Assembly: GCA_016934055.1 (NCBI GenBank)
Contig: JAFGTR010000028.1
Coordinates: 7,929-71,928, forward strand
DNA from: Bacteroidales bacterium
Lineage (GTDB): Bacteria > Bacteroidota > Bacteroidia > Bacteroidales > UBA10428
DNA length: 64,000 bases
Reading direction: 5' to 3'
Below are positions 37,076-46,217 of the stretch, piece after piece; positions within the stretch are counted from its first letter, which is position 1; each line of letters starts with the position of its first letter. A program made the translations under genes and the position numbers. The notes under the pieces were generated by a model. The model was not told the origin of the DNA and made no database searches. It was given only the letters and a program-made list of their open reading frames with translations.

Positions 37076-38500
37076 TCACTTATCATAAAACATCAATGCG
37101 CTATCGTTGATTTCAATCTTGTGATGCCTGATTAAATTAATCACCTCAGCACCGGCGAGCAGGACCGGCCCGTAACCATGGGCGGCAAATACATTCACAG
37201 GCCGGTGAGCATAAAAAGCCGGGTCAAAAGCCATGCCGGTACCGACGCAGGTGCCTTCCACCTGTCCTTTTTTATTCACTTTGGTTGATACAGCATTCCA
37301 GGCCAGCAGCACCATAGGACCATATGCCCGTGCATCGACATATCCACAGTTTATAGCCCGAGCAATGGAATAAGTGAAAATAGCCGTGGCTGAAGTTTCC
37401 AGGTAGGAATCATGACGGTCCAGCAACTGATGCCAGAATCCCCGATCTGACTGGCAGGCTGCAAGACCCCTGATATGGGCTTTCAATAATTCAAGAACCT
37501 CAGTATATCCGGGATGATTCTCCGGCAATACATCAAGCAATTCAATCATGGCCATGATGGCCCATCCGTTCGCCCTGGCCCAGTGAAACTGTGGATGAGG
37601 ATCCATATCATTCACCCATCCGTGCATAAACAGTCCATTTTCAGCATTGAACATCCGTTTTGAAAACTGCAGGACCTGTTTCACGGCGTCGTTAAAATAT
37701 TGCCGTTCACCGGTGAGTTTCGCCATCTGGGCGAGAGCCGGTACGCTCATGAACAGATCATCGAGCCAAATGGTATTGGGAAGCGGTCTGTTCCGGGCAA
37801 GAGTGCCATCGGCAAGCCTGAATTCCTTTTTGCTTATAAAATGTATATAATTGTCGGTGATGAACCCAAAATTGCCTTCAAAACCCATGCGCTTTGTTTT
37901 GATCAGAGCAGCGCACATAGATCCCGCATCATCGAGTGCACGAGGCTCCAGCACTGACCTGACAGGTGTTTTATCAGCAGGGATTTCTCCAGTCTTCTCA
38001 TGATATGAAGCAACAACATCAGCAATGAACCTGAGTCTTTTAACAGTATAATCCGTAAAACGTATATCCCCTGTAACCTCTCCCGCCAAAAGCATACCGG
38101 CATAGGTCACACCCCACTCATAGCTGATAAGCCTGAAATCACCCCTGGCAAATTCTGTTTTGTCATCAACAACTAAAAGGTCTGTAATCTCTTTGCCTGT
38201 TACCCCGCTGATCAACTTCACGGGCGTTGCATCGTTCAGATAATCGTATATCCTATCCAGCACATCTTTTATCTGTTCAACTTCCGGCAAACCGTACGGT
38301 ACGGGATAATCAGGCTGTAAAGCATGCAGAGGTGTATTGGAATCATTTATGACCGATGTCTGAACCTGTGCAGTTAATGAGACATTTAAGATCAGTAATA
38401 ACAATCCTGTTATTAAAAACCAACAATTCTGCCTCACAGCATATTGGCACCACCTTTCCGAAACCAGCCTTCTACAAAATGTCACAATCTGTTTTTCCAT
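37076..38500 (-). CDS. Unsaturated rhamnogalacturonyl hydrolase-like, GH105 (GH88/105 fold)
   Basis: WLDDLFMSVPALAQMAKLTG, HGW...WARANGW, and an (alpha/alpha)6-type pattern. Confidence 0.78.
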   Translation of the reverse strand: MEKQIVTFCRRLVSERWCQYAVRQNCWFLITGLLLLILNVSLTAQVQTSVINDSNTPLHALQPDYPVPYGLPEVEQIKDVLDRIYDYLNDATPVKLISGVTGKEITDLLVVDDKTEFARGDFRLISYEWGVTYAGMLLAGEVTGDIRFTDYTVKRLRFIADVVASYHEKTGEIPADKTPVRSVLEPRALDDAGSMCAALIKTKRMGFEGNFGFITDNYIHFISKKEFRLADGTLARNRPLPNTIWLDDLFMSVPALAQMAKLTGERQYFNDAVKQVLQFSKRMFNAENGLFMHGWVNDMDPHPQFHWARANGWAIMAMIELLDVLPENHPGYTEVLELLKAHIRGLAACQSDRGFWHQLLDRHDSYLETSATAIFTYSIARAINCGYVDARAYGPMVLLAWNAVSTKVNKKGQVEGTCVGTGMAFDPAFYAHRPVNVFAAHGYGPVLLAGAEVINLIRHHKIEINDSALMFYDK

Positions 38501-38652
38501 TATTACCGGATTGAATTAATAAGATTAAGAACACTAAAAATAGAAAAAACGATACTAAGGTCAAAATCTGACCCGTCGGAACAGATATTGTATTTTTATT
38601 TTGGAATAAAGATCAGGTGACGTATTTTCGTTTTCTTAAATCAAAATGCAAC

Positions 38653-39519
38653 ATGCCCTGGGTAAACTTTCATTCACACTGCCATTATTGTGACGGGAAA
38701 GCCGCACCGGAGGCCTACCTGGTCAAAGCAATCGAAAAGGGCTTTCCTGCATATGGATACTCATCACATGCACCGCTTCCTTTTTCCACAAAATGGAACA
38801 TGAAGCAGGAGCAGCTGCCCGCCTACCTTGAAGAGATCAAACTTCTGAAAGAAAAGTACAAAGAAAAAATACAGGTATACACCGGCCTTGAAGTCGATTA
38901 TTTAGGAAGATCATGGGGTTTTCATAATCCGTTTTTTAAAAATATCAAACTGGATTATACGGTTGGATCGATACATTTTGTTGATCATTTTCCTGATGGC
39001 AGACCGTGGACAATTGACGGTGCATCGGAAGAATTCTTCAGGGGCTTTGAACTGATCTTTAATAACAATGTGCAAAAACTTGTCAGACGTTATTATGAAC
39101 TGGTAAAAGAAATGATCATTATGGATCATCCTTCCATCATCGGTCACCTCGATAAAATCAAAATGCACAACCGCCTTAAACCCTTTCTCGATGACCAGGA
39201 AGGCTGGTACATGGACATCCTGGAAGAAACACTCGATCTTATCGCAGATAATAAATGCATCGTCGAAGTCAATACACGAGGTGTATATCGTTATGGTCAG
39301 ACTGATTTATATCCCGGAAAATGGATACTGGGAAGGATCCGGCAGAAAAAAATACCGGTCATGATCAATTCTGACGCTCACCTCCCCGATGAAATAAATG
39401 CAAAGCATGCATATGCTGCCGCCATCTTAAAAAGTATCGGATTTGACTCACTGAAGATATTGAAGGACAACCGGTGGACCGAGTGTCCTTTCACAGAATC
39501 GGGTATTATCTGGGATTAA
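38653..39519 (+). CDS. Histidinol-phosphatase HisJ-family PHP-domain protein
   Basis: PHP metal motifs NFHSHCHYCDG, GSIHF and NSDAH. Start moved to MPWVNFH (ATG 38653). Confidence 0.78.
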   Translation: MPWVNFHSHCHYCDGKAAPEAYLVKAIEKGFPAYGYSSHAPLPFSTKWNMKQEQLPAYLEEIKLLKEKYKEKIQVYTGLEVDYLGRSWGFHNPFFKNIKLDYTVGSIHFVDHFPDGRPWTIDGASEEFFRGFELIFNNNVQKLVRRYYELVKEMIIMDHPSIIGHLDKIKMHNRLKPFLDDQEGWYMDILEETLDLIADNKCIVEVNTRGVYRYGQTDLYPGKWILGRIRQKKIPVMINSDAHLPDEINAKHAYAAAILKSIGFDSLKILKDNRWTECPFTESGIIWD

Positions 39520-39995
39520 TAATTGGTCTCACTGATGATCTGCCCTGTCTCATTATAGCTGATCCATTTTCCTGTTCTGCTGTTCATGTTGAACTGTCCC
39601 TTTTCCTTCATCAGACCATTACCGTACCACGAGGAATATGGGCCTGAAAGGCTGTCATTGTTATAATTTGCTTCAATGACCTTATTCCCTTTCTGATCCC
39701 AGTATTCCCACTTACCCATGCAATAACCGTTCCTGTAATGACCTTTCCAACGAAGTTTCCCACTGCTGTAATAGGCTACAGCTTCACCATCAAGGATACC
39801 GTTTTTAAACTGAAATTTTTCCTTGATCAGGTTGGTATCGCTGAAAACAACCTTGCAGGTGCCGGTAAACGGATTAATATCGTTACTGCTGTAAAACAGA
39901 TCGTGTCTGATATCACTCTCTGTTATCGTTACCTCTTTATTGCAGGATACCAGTACAAATAACGCTATGACAATATATCCTTTCATTATTTCCAA
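39516..39995 (-). CDS. MORN-repeat lipoprotein (YwqK-family-like)
   Basis: Lipobox LVSC. Repeated G-x-G-x-Y/W-x-x-G motifs (DGEAVAYYSSGKL, GKWEYWDQKGN, GPYSSWYGNG, GKWISYNETG). Confidence 0.65.
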   Translation of the reverse strand: MEIMKGYIVIALFVLVSCNKEVTITESDIRHDLFYSSNDINPFTGTCKVVFSDTNLIKEKFQFKNGILDGEAVAYYSSGKLRWKGHYRNGYCMGKWEYWDQKGNKVIEANYNNDSLSGPYSSWYGNGLMKEKGQFNMNSRTGKWISYNETGQIISETNY

Positions 39996-40203
39996 CGTTA
40001 GTAGTTTGTATTCAGGTAATATTACGAAGCAACGTCAGGCATGTTATTTTATGTTGATGAACATACCTTTATTGAAAATGAAAGAAAGATATTTCCGGAT
40101 AAATGCACCGCAGAGAAATAAGAGAAAAGAACAAAGATAACAGACAAATACTGCCGCTGGTAATGAATATATTGTCGTTTTGGGTGAATGTCCCGGGAGT
40201 CTG

Positions 40204-41571
40204 TCAACGGTACAGGTAAATAAAACCGGTTTTGCGATAACGGTTATTCGGATCCCCGCTAAGGGCATCAAGCACATAAAAATAAACACCCTGACTGAGT
40301 TCCAGGCCCCATGATGTCTTTCCATCCCAGATGATCCTGGGCCCTTCAGCTTTGTATACCAGCGTGCCCGTGCGTGCAAAAATCTTAATTGACAATGGAA
40401 TATCCCCAATGCTGCTGATTTCAAAGAAATCATTCACATCGTCGCCATTCGGTGTAAAGACATTCTGCACATATAACTCCTCAAAGATATAAATGATCAC
40501 TTCACCCGAACTGGTGCATCCGAAATTATCACTAACTGTTAACCTTACCAGGTAAGATGTATCAGCAGCCGGGAATTTTACGACTTCCCGCCTGCCATTA
40601 CGTGTGCCAACATCACTGATGTCCCAGAGATAAGTGTACGTTGCAGCATCATCGGTGACACCTGTATGTTCCAGCACGTAGGTATCGAAAGTTACAGTGT
40701 CGGTATAACTGAATTCCGCAGGCGATAACAACTGTACGTGGATAAGATCCTGCTCAACAACACCGTGAACAACATCGCCGTTAATGACAACCCCAACATC
40801 GTAATAACCCGGATTGTCATAGACAACAGTGTCGGGATCAACTGAATTACTGGTTGTACCATTGCCGAAATCCCAGTTTATGGCACCAATGGTATCTGTG
40901 TCAACGTTGCCCAGTGAAAACTTAACCCTGGCCTCACCACAGGCAAATGTATCGCTGGCAATGATATCCGGCAATCCGGGCGGTATGGTCAAAACAATTG
41001 CCTGTTCTGTGCTGTCATTACAACCTGCGGGCGTAGAGACAGATAATTTTACATTGTACGTACCCGGGCCCGGATACGTATGAACAACATTGCGCTCATC
41101 ACTGAAGGAACCATCACCAAAATCCCAGCTGTAAATTCCGGCATTGACGTAAGGCTGGTCTTTATGCCTGAATGATACGGCATAAAAACCGAGCTCTGTT
41201 GTGTCATTGTATGTGAAATCAGCGGTTATGGTAGGATAAACAGTAATATAATTAGATTTGATGATAGGATCATTTTCGAGCATGTTGGTAGCGTCTCTGC
41301 CAAAGAACAATATAATGGTATAAGGACCTGGAACATTATAAAATACAGAATCAGGGTCTGCTATATAACTGCTTTCACCATTTCCAAAATCCCATGCAAA
41401 ACTGTTAATGGTATCGACGCCGGAATTATTATTAAAAGTGAACTTTACCATAAATGAATCACATCCCTCAGTTATATTAGCGGTAAAATCATAAACCCCG
41501 CTCTGAGCCATACCGGCGAAGGGGCATAAAAGAGCCAGGGTGATAATTGTTATGTGCTTTTTAAATTGCAT
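40204..41571 (-). CDS. Multi-PKD-domain secreted protein with T9SS type-B (gliding-motility C-terminal) sorting domain
   Basis: Repeated WDFGNG/WDFGDG PKD signatures (x3). The C-terminal VFTPNGDDVNDFFEI is the hallmark of the type-B sorting domain. Start moved to MQFKKH (ATG 41571). Confidence 0.8.
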   Translation of the reverse strand: MQFKKHITIITLALLCPFAGMAQSGVYDFTANITEGCDSFMVKFTFNNNSGVDTINSFAWDFGNGESSYIADPDSVFYNVPGPYTIILFFGRDATNMLENDPIIKSNYITVYPTITADFTYNDTTELGFYAVSFRHKDQPYVNAGIYSWDFGDGSFSDERNVVHTYPGPGTYNVKLSVSTPAGCNDSTEQAIVLTIPPGLPDIIASDTFACGEARVKFSLGNVDTDTIGAINWDFGNGTTSNSVDPDTVVYDNPGYYDVGVVINGDVVHGVVEQDLIHVQLLSPAEFSYTDTVTFDTYVLEHTGVTDDAATYTYLWDISDVGTRNGRREVVKFPAADTSYLVRLTVSDNFGCTSSGEVIIYIFEELYVQNVFTPNGDDVNDFFEISSIGDIPLSIKIFARTGTLVYKAEGPRIIWDGKTSWGLELSQGVYFYVLDALSGDPNNRYRKTGFIYLYR

Positions 41572-41578
41572 CCGGTTT

Positions 41579-42754
41579 CTATATATTCTTAGTAAGCGAC
41601 TTGACAAATTTAAAGTTATTAAAAAATTCCTTTGCAAAAACTCTTATGACAATATAAGCTGGAATAGCGGCTATCATACCCAAAATACCACCCAGACCAC
41701 CAGCCATTAGTAAAACAATGAAGATCTCCAGCGGATGGGCATTAACACTGCTTGAGTATATAAATGGCTGAAAAAACCAGTTGTCTATTGCCTGGACAAT
41801 AATACAGACCACCAAAACCCATATCAGTAAAGGCAGTAATTCCGATGTAAAGGGCAGTTGCATATGGGTGACAAAACCTATCAATACAGCCAGGCTGCTT
41901 CCGATAATAGGCCCGATATATGGAATAATATTAAATACGCCTGCCAGAAATCCCATTAACAATGCATCACTGAATGAAATGCCAACAATTAAAAATCCGA
42001 TAAAACTGAATAAAATGACACCTGTTAATTCCAGCACAAGACCACCAAAATAACGTACCAGCAATTTCTTTGTGGATGTCATAATATTGTTTGCTTCATC
42101 AGCCAGATGATCGGGAATAACTGCCAATAGTCCTTTGGCGAAAAGTGATTCATCTTTCAGAAAGAAAAAAGTGATAAATATGGTACTGAAAATAGCCACG
42201 GCAACGTTACCCACTGCCCCTGCAACCGAGCTGAAGAAACCGGCAACAGAGTCAATGTTGATCTTTGAAGCAATTTTCATGGCAATTTCCTCTACTGAAA
42301 AACCACTCTCAGGAAAAACTTTGAAACGGCTTAAAAACTCTTCCACCCTTCCCAGTGGTTCCTGCAAACTGGCAGCAAGACGCTGAATGTTAAGATTAGA
42401 AAGTTCATTAGCCTTGTTTACAATAAGGGGTATAAAAATGCTGAAAAACATGAGAATAACACCAATAAGGATAATGAGCGTAATAACGGAACGGACGGCC
42501 GGAGGTAACCTGAATTTGCGTATTCTCATTTTGCCAAGCAGGTCAAAAACCGGTCGGCCGAGCAAAGCCAAAACCAGAGATAAAAGGATATAGATTACAA
42601 TATTTTTAAAATACCACAGGATATAACCTAACAAAACAAGGCCTAGTGCAGTGAAGATATACCGCGCGGTTTTGCTCATCATCAATGAAATAAGGCCTAA
42701 AAATAGTAAAAAAAGCCCCCCGGTTATTGTTAATAACTGAAAAGAAATTAACAT
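41579..42754 (-). CDS. AI-2E family transporter (PerM/UPF0118)
   Basis: Polytopic membrane protein with IPYIGPIIG and the typical C-terminal helices. The true start may be MMSKTARY (42682). Confidence 0.82.
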   Translation of the reverse strand: MLISFQLLTITGGLFLLFLGLISLMMSKTARYIFTALGLVLLGYILWYFKNIVIYILLSLVLALLGRPVFDLLGKMRIRKFRLPPAVRSVITLIILIGVILMFFSIFIPLIVNKANELSNLNIQRLAASLQEPLGRVEEFLSRFKVFPESGFSVEEIAMKIASKINIDSVAGFFSSVAGAVGNVAVAIFSTIFITFFFLKDESLFAKGLLAVIPDHLADEANNIMTSTKKLLVRYFGGLVLELTGVILFSFIGFLIVGISFSDALLMGFLAGVFNIIPYIGPIIGSSLAVLIGFVTHMQLPFTSELLPLLIWVLVVCIIVQAIDNWFFQPFIYSSSVNAHPLEIFIVLLMAGGLGGILGMIAAIPAYIVIRVFAKEFFNNFKFVKSLTKNI

Positions 42755-42803
42755 CTGTAGATAACTTTATCAGATTCATTCATGAGCATTATGGCTTCTT
42801 TGC

Positions 42804-42811
42804 TATTTTTG
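42804..42811 (+). promoter_or_regulatory. Candidate -7 box TATTTTTG for thyA-folA
   Basis: Matches TAnnTTTG 30 nt upstream of the thyA ATG. Confidence 0.4.
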
Positions 42812-42840
42812 CGACGTCGAATTTATTGAAATCAAAACAG

Positions 42841-43635
42841 ATGAAACCATACCTGGAATTGTTACAGCATGCACTGGAAAACGGCTCTGAAAAAAAGGAC
42901 AGAACCGGAACCGGCACGATCAGTATTTTCGGACACCAGATGAGGTTTAATCTTGCGGAGGGTTTTCCGTTAATGACAACAAAAAAGCTTCACCTCAAAT
43001 CCATTATATATGAGCTCCTCTGGTTTCTGAAAGGAGAAACAAATACAAAATTCCTTACTGATAACGGTGTAACCATCTGGAATGAATGGGCTGATGCCCA
43101 TGGTGATCTTGGTCACATTTATGGTTTTCAGTGGAGGTCATGGCCTTCCTATTCAGGAAAATCCATTGATCAGATAGAAAAAGTCATTCAGTCAATCAGG
43201 CATAATCCCGATTCCCGGCGCCATATCGTAAGTGCATGGAATGTTGCCGATCTTGAGAATATGGCGCTTCCGCCGTGCCATGTTTTGTTTCAGTTTTACG
43301 TTGCTGATGGTAAATTATCACTGCAATTGTATCAGCGAAGTGCCGACATTTTTCTGGGCGTGCCTTTTAATATTGCTTCCTATTCCCTTTTACTCATGAT
43401 GGTAGCCCAGGTTACAGGCCTCGAAGCAGGTGAATTCATCCATACACTCGGTGATGCCCATATTTACAGGAACCATATTGAACAAGTGCGCCTGCAACTG
43501 TCGCGTGAACCGCGTTCACTGCCTTTCATGAAACTTAATCCCGGTATCAGATCAATCTTTGGTTTCACCTATCAGGATTTCAGCCTTGAGAACTATGATC
43601 CTCACCCCCACATTAAAGGGGAAATATCCGTTTAA
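42841..43635 (+). CDS. thyA: Thymidylate synthase (ThyA type)
   Basis: [15 protein letters not shown]...DRTGTGT...[12 protein letters not shown] (catalytic Cys). 264 aa from ATG 42841. Confidence 0.96.
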   Translation: MKPYLELLQHALENGSEKKDRTGTGTISIFGHQMRFNLAEGFPLMTTKKLHLKSIIYELLWFLKGETNTKFLTDNGVTIWNEWADAHGDLGHIYGFQWRSWPSYSGKSIDQIEKVIQSIRHNPDSRRHIVSAWNVADLENMALPPCHVLFQFYVADGKLSLQLYQRSADIFLGVPFNIASYSLLLMMVAQVTGLEAGEFIHTLGDAHIYRNHIEQVRLQLSREPRSLPFMKLNPGIRSIFGFTYQDFSLENYDPHPHIKGEISV

Positions 43636-43646
43636 TAGTGTTGCCC

Positions 43647-44150
43647 ATGATTAAACCCATTTCAATTATTGTCGCTGTTGCTGAAAACAATGCCATAGGA
43701 AAAGATAACAGGTTACTGTGGCATGTATCAGCAGATTTGAAGCGCTTTAAACGCTTAACTTCTGGCCACACCATAGTTATGGGGAAAAATACCTATTTTT
43801 CTCTGCCCGTAAAACCCCTTGCAAATCGCAGGAATATCATCATCACTGACAATATTAACGACTCTTTCGCAGGATGTGAAATGGCTTATTCTATTGACGA
43901 AGCTTTGCAACTATGCGATGCTGAAAAAGAAAACTTTGTGATCGGCGGAGCTTCCATCTACCGGCAATTCCTGCCTTTTACACAAAAACTGTATATTACA
44001 TCAGTCCATAAATCATATGATGCCGACACTTTTTTCCCCGAGATTTCTTCTGAACAATGGGAAATTACAGAAAAAGAGAATGTTATAAAAGACACTCAAA
44101 ATGATTTTTCCTATTCCTTTATAACCTATCGAAGAAAAAATTATCTTTAA
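43647..44150 (+). CDS. folA: Dihydrofolate reductase
   Basis: ISIIVAVAENNAIGKDNRLLWH...VMGKNTYFSLP...GGASIY. Immediately after thyA. Confidence 0.9.
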   Translation: MIKPISIIVAVAENNAIGKDNRLLWHVSADLKRFKRLTSGHTIVMGKNTYFSLPVKPLANRRNIIITDNINDSFAGCEMAYSIDEALQLCDAEKENFVIGGASIYRQFLPFTQKLYITSVHKSYDADTFFPEISSEQWEITEKENVIKDTQNDFSYSFITYRRKNYL

Positions 44151-44175
44151 TGGTTTAACATTAACTCAATATCAT

Positions 44176-44619
44176 ATGAAAAGAAATTTCTTCGTCTTAT
44201 TCCTTCTGGCGCTATCTGCCAGCTTTCTTTACGGACAGGCTGATAATCTGGTCGGAATCTATCTGACAGCTGAGAAAACTTCTCAGGTCAGAGTATTCAA
44301 GGCTACCAATGACAAATATTATGGCAAAGTTGAATGGCTCAAAGAAGAACCCGACAAACTGGATGTTAACAATCCCGATGAAAAGCTCAGGAATAAAAAA
44401 GTATGGGGTCTTATCATTCTGAAAGACTTCTCTTATAACGAATCTAAAAACCGATGGGAAGGCGGTACAATTTATGATCCGGATAACGGGAAAACCTATG
44501 ATGCTTTTATATGGTTTGACGAAGACAACAAAACCCTGCACCTTAAAGGATATGTGTTGGGTATGAAATTCGTGGGAAGAGAAACCATATGGATCAGGGA
44601 GGCTGAGCTAAGACAATAA
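44176..44619 (+). CDS. DUF2147-domain secreted protein
   Basis: Signal peptide, then GKVEWLKEE...NPDEKLRNKKVWGLIILKDF...WEGGTIYDPDNGKTYDA, typical of DUF2147. Confidence 0.65.
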   Translation: MKRNFFVLFLLALSASFLYGQADNLVGIYLTAEKTSQVRVFKATNDKYYGKVEWLKEEPDKLDVNNPDEKLRNKKVWGLIILKDFSYNESKNRWEGGTIYDPDNGKTYDAFIWFDEDNKTLHLKGYVLGMKFVGRETIWIREAELRQ

Positions 44620-44703
44620 GCAGCCGTAGCCTGAAAACGGGAGCCACCGGAAAATGAAAGACCTTATCACTGCCGGGAAAGTAATATGTTGGTTATGCTG
44701 CCC

Positions 44704-45285
44704 TTATCCCTCATACCTGCCCGATATAACCTTCCAGTCAAGTATATCCCAGAAGGCCTGCAGATAATCAGGCCTATTATTCTGATAATCGAGATAATAC
44801 GCATGCTCCCAGACATCGCAGGTTAAAAGCGGCAATAAACCATTTCGCAAAGGATTGCCGGCATTGGATTCCTGGACGATATCAAGGGTAAGATCTTCCT
44901 TTTTCACCATCCAGACCCAGCCTGATCCAAAAAGTGTAATGGCCGATTTTGAGAATTCTTCCTTAAAAGAATCAAAAGACCCATACTGTTTGCTTATAGC
45001 TTCGGCAAGCCTCCCCGCAGGTTCATGCAAACCCCCGGGTGAAAAGCTTAGAAAATAAAAGGTATGATTCCATACCTGAGCACCGTTGTTGAAAATGCCG
45101 CCATCAGCTTCACGGACAATCTGCTCAAGAGTTGCATTTTCAAACTTTGTTCCCGGTATCAGTTTGTTCAGGTTGTTGATATAGCCCTGGTGATGTTTAC
45201 CATAATGAAATTCAAGCGTCTGCTTCGAAATATGAGGGTGGAGCGCATCAAGGGCATACGGCAGTTTCGGCAATTCAAATGGCAT
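44704..45285 (-). CDS. sodB: Superoxide dismutase, Fe-type
   Basis: PYALDALHPHIS...FHYGKHH, Fe-type AQVWNHTFYF, and [18 protein letters not shown]. Confidence 0.9.
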   Translation of the reverse strand: MPFELPKLPYALDALHPHISKQTLEFHYGKHHQGYINNLNKLIPGTKFENATLEQIVREADGGIFNNGAQVWNHTFYFLSFSPGGLHEPAGRLAEAISKQYGSFDSFKEEFSKSAITLFGSGWVWMVKKEDLTLDIVQESNAGNPLRNGLLPLLTCDVWEHAYYLDYQNNRPDYLQAFWDILDWKVISGRYEG

Positions 45286-45454
45286 AGTTGTTATTGTTTT
45301 TAATTATCCTACAAGATACAGAAATTTTCGAAAAATAACAAAAGCCATTTAGAGTAAAATAGTCGACGGTCTAAAGTCCACAGAAAATTTCTAAATAATC
45401 TCTGGTCAACAGTCAACTGTTCACAGAAGATTTGCAACCCTGCCTTCCGGCAGA

Positions 45455-45499
45455 CCCTCAAATCTTTAAACCTACCTGACGGCAGGCAGGCCCTCAAAC
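45455..45499. repeat. Second copy of the REP-like element (8-nt units + hairpin CCTACCTG-acgg-CAGGCAGG + CCCTCAAAC). An extra hairpin CTGCC-ttcc-GGCAG lies at 45440-45453.
   Basis: Near-identical to 11882-11936. It overlaps the last 9 codons and the stop of the Mn-type SOD. Confidence 0.7.
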
Positions 45500-46086
45500 T
45501 TTCGTCCAACCTCATCCCAGTTGATGACATTCCAGAAAGCTGCCACATAGTCATTCCTGCGGTTCTGGTATTTCAGATAATAAGCATGCTCCCATACGTC
45601 AAGGCCAAGAATGGGTGTTCCTTTCACATCGGCGATATCCATTAAAGGATTATCCTGATTGGGTGTTGAAACAACTTTCAGCTCCTGCCCGCTTTTTATC
45701 AGCCAGGCCCAGCCAGAGCCAAAACGTGTCATCGCAGCGGAAGAAAAGGTTTCCTTAAATTTTTCAAAAGATCCGAAATACCGGTTAACAGCTGCGGCAA
45801 GGTCACCTGAAGGCTGACCACCACCGGTAGGCGACATGATCTCCCAGAACAGATTGTGATTGTAAAAACCACCCCCGTTATTTCTCACGGCCACAGGCAA
45901 TTTTGATACTGAAGTCAGAATTTCTTCTATTTTTTTGTTTTCCCACTCTCCTCCTGCCAAAGCATTGTTAAGGTTGGTGGTGTAAGCGGCGTGATGCTTT
46001 GTATGATGGATTTCCATTGTAAGGGCATCAACATGAGGTTCCAGCGCTCCATAATCATACGCCAATTTTGGTAATTCAAATGCCAT
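45472..46086 (-). CDS. sodA: Superoxide dismutase, Mn-type or cambialistic
   Basis: [11 protein letters not shown]...IHHTKHH, Mn-type [13 protein letters not shown], and [18 protein letters not shown]. The C-terminal KFEGLPAVR is encoded by the repeat element. Confidence 0.9.
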   Translation of the reverse strand: MAFELPKLAYDYGALEPHVDALTMEIHHTKHHAAYTTNLNNALAGGEWENKKIEEILTSVSKLPVAVRNNGGGFYNHNLFWEIMSPTGGGQPSGDLAAAVNRYFGSFEKFKETFSSAAMTRFGSGWAWLIKSGQELKVVSTPNQDNPLMDIADVKGTPILGLDVWEHAYYLKYQNRRNDYVAAFWNVINWDEVGRKFEGLPAVR

Positions 46087-46121
46087 ATCTTTTCTTTTAA
46101 AGTTTATTAATTGAATTCATT

Positions 46122-46140
46122 ATTTAGAATTATTCTAAAT
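46122..46140. promoter_or_regulatory. 19-bp perfect 9-1-9 palindrome ATTTAGAAT-t-ATTCTAAAT (operator candidate) between sodA and waaA
   Basis: Read directly. It lies 36 nt upstream of the sodA ATG and 78 nt upstream of the waaA ATG. Confidence 0.4.
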
Positions 46141-46217
46141 TATAGGTAAAACATTAATTATTCCTGTTTGTTCAAAAATTGATTTACTTTGTTACCTGTT
46201 CAGTCAGAGCTAAGAAC

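Noticed and set aside
40044-40433. A 129-aa ORF overlapping the 3' end of the PKD/T9SS gene and the following spacer.
   Set aside because: It overlaps a well-supported gene out of frame. The sequence is Cys/His/Arg-rich nonsense, and the non-overlapping part is AT-rich intergenic DNA.
45309-45554. An 81-aa ORF spanning the spacer between the two SOD genes and the 3' end of sodA.
   Set aside because: It is built from the REP-like repeat and stutter sequence and overlaps sodA out of frame. There is no start context or recognisable motif.
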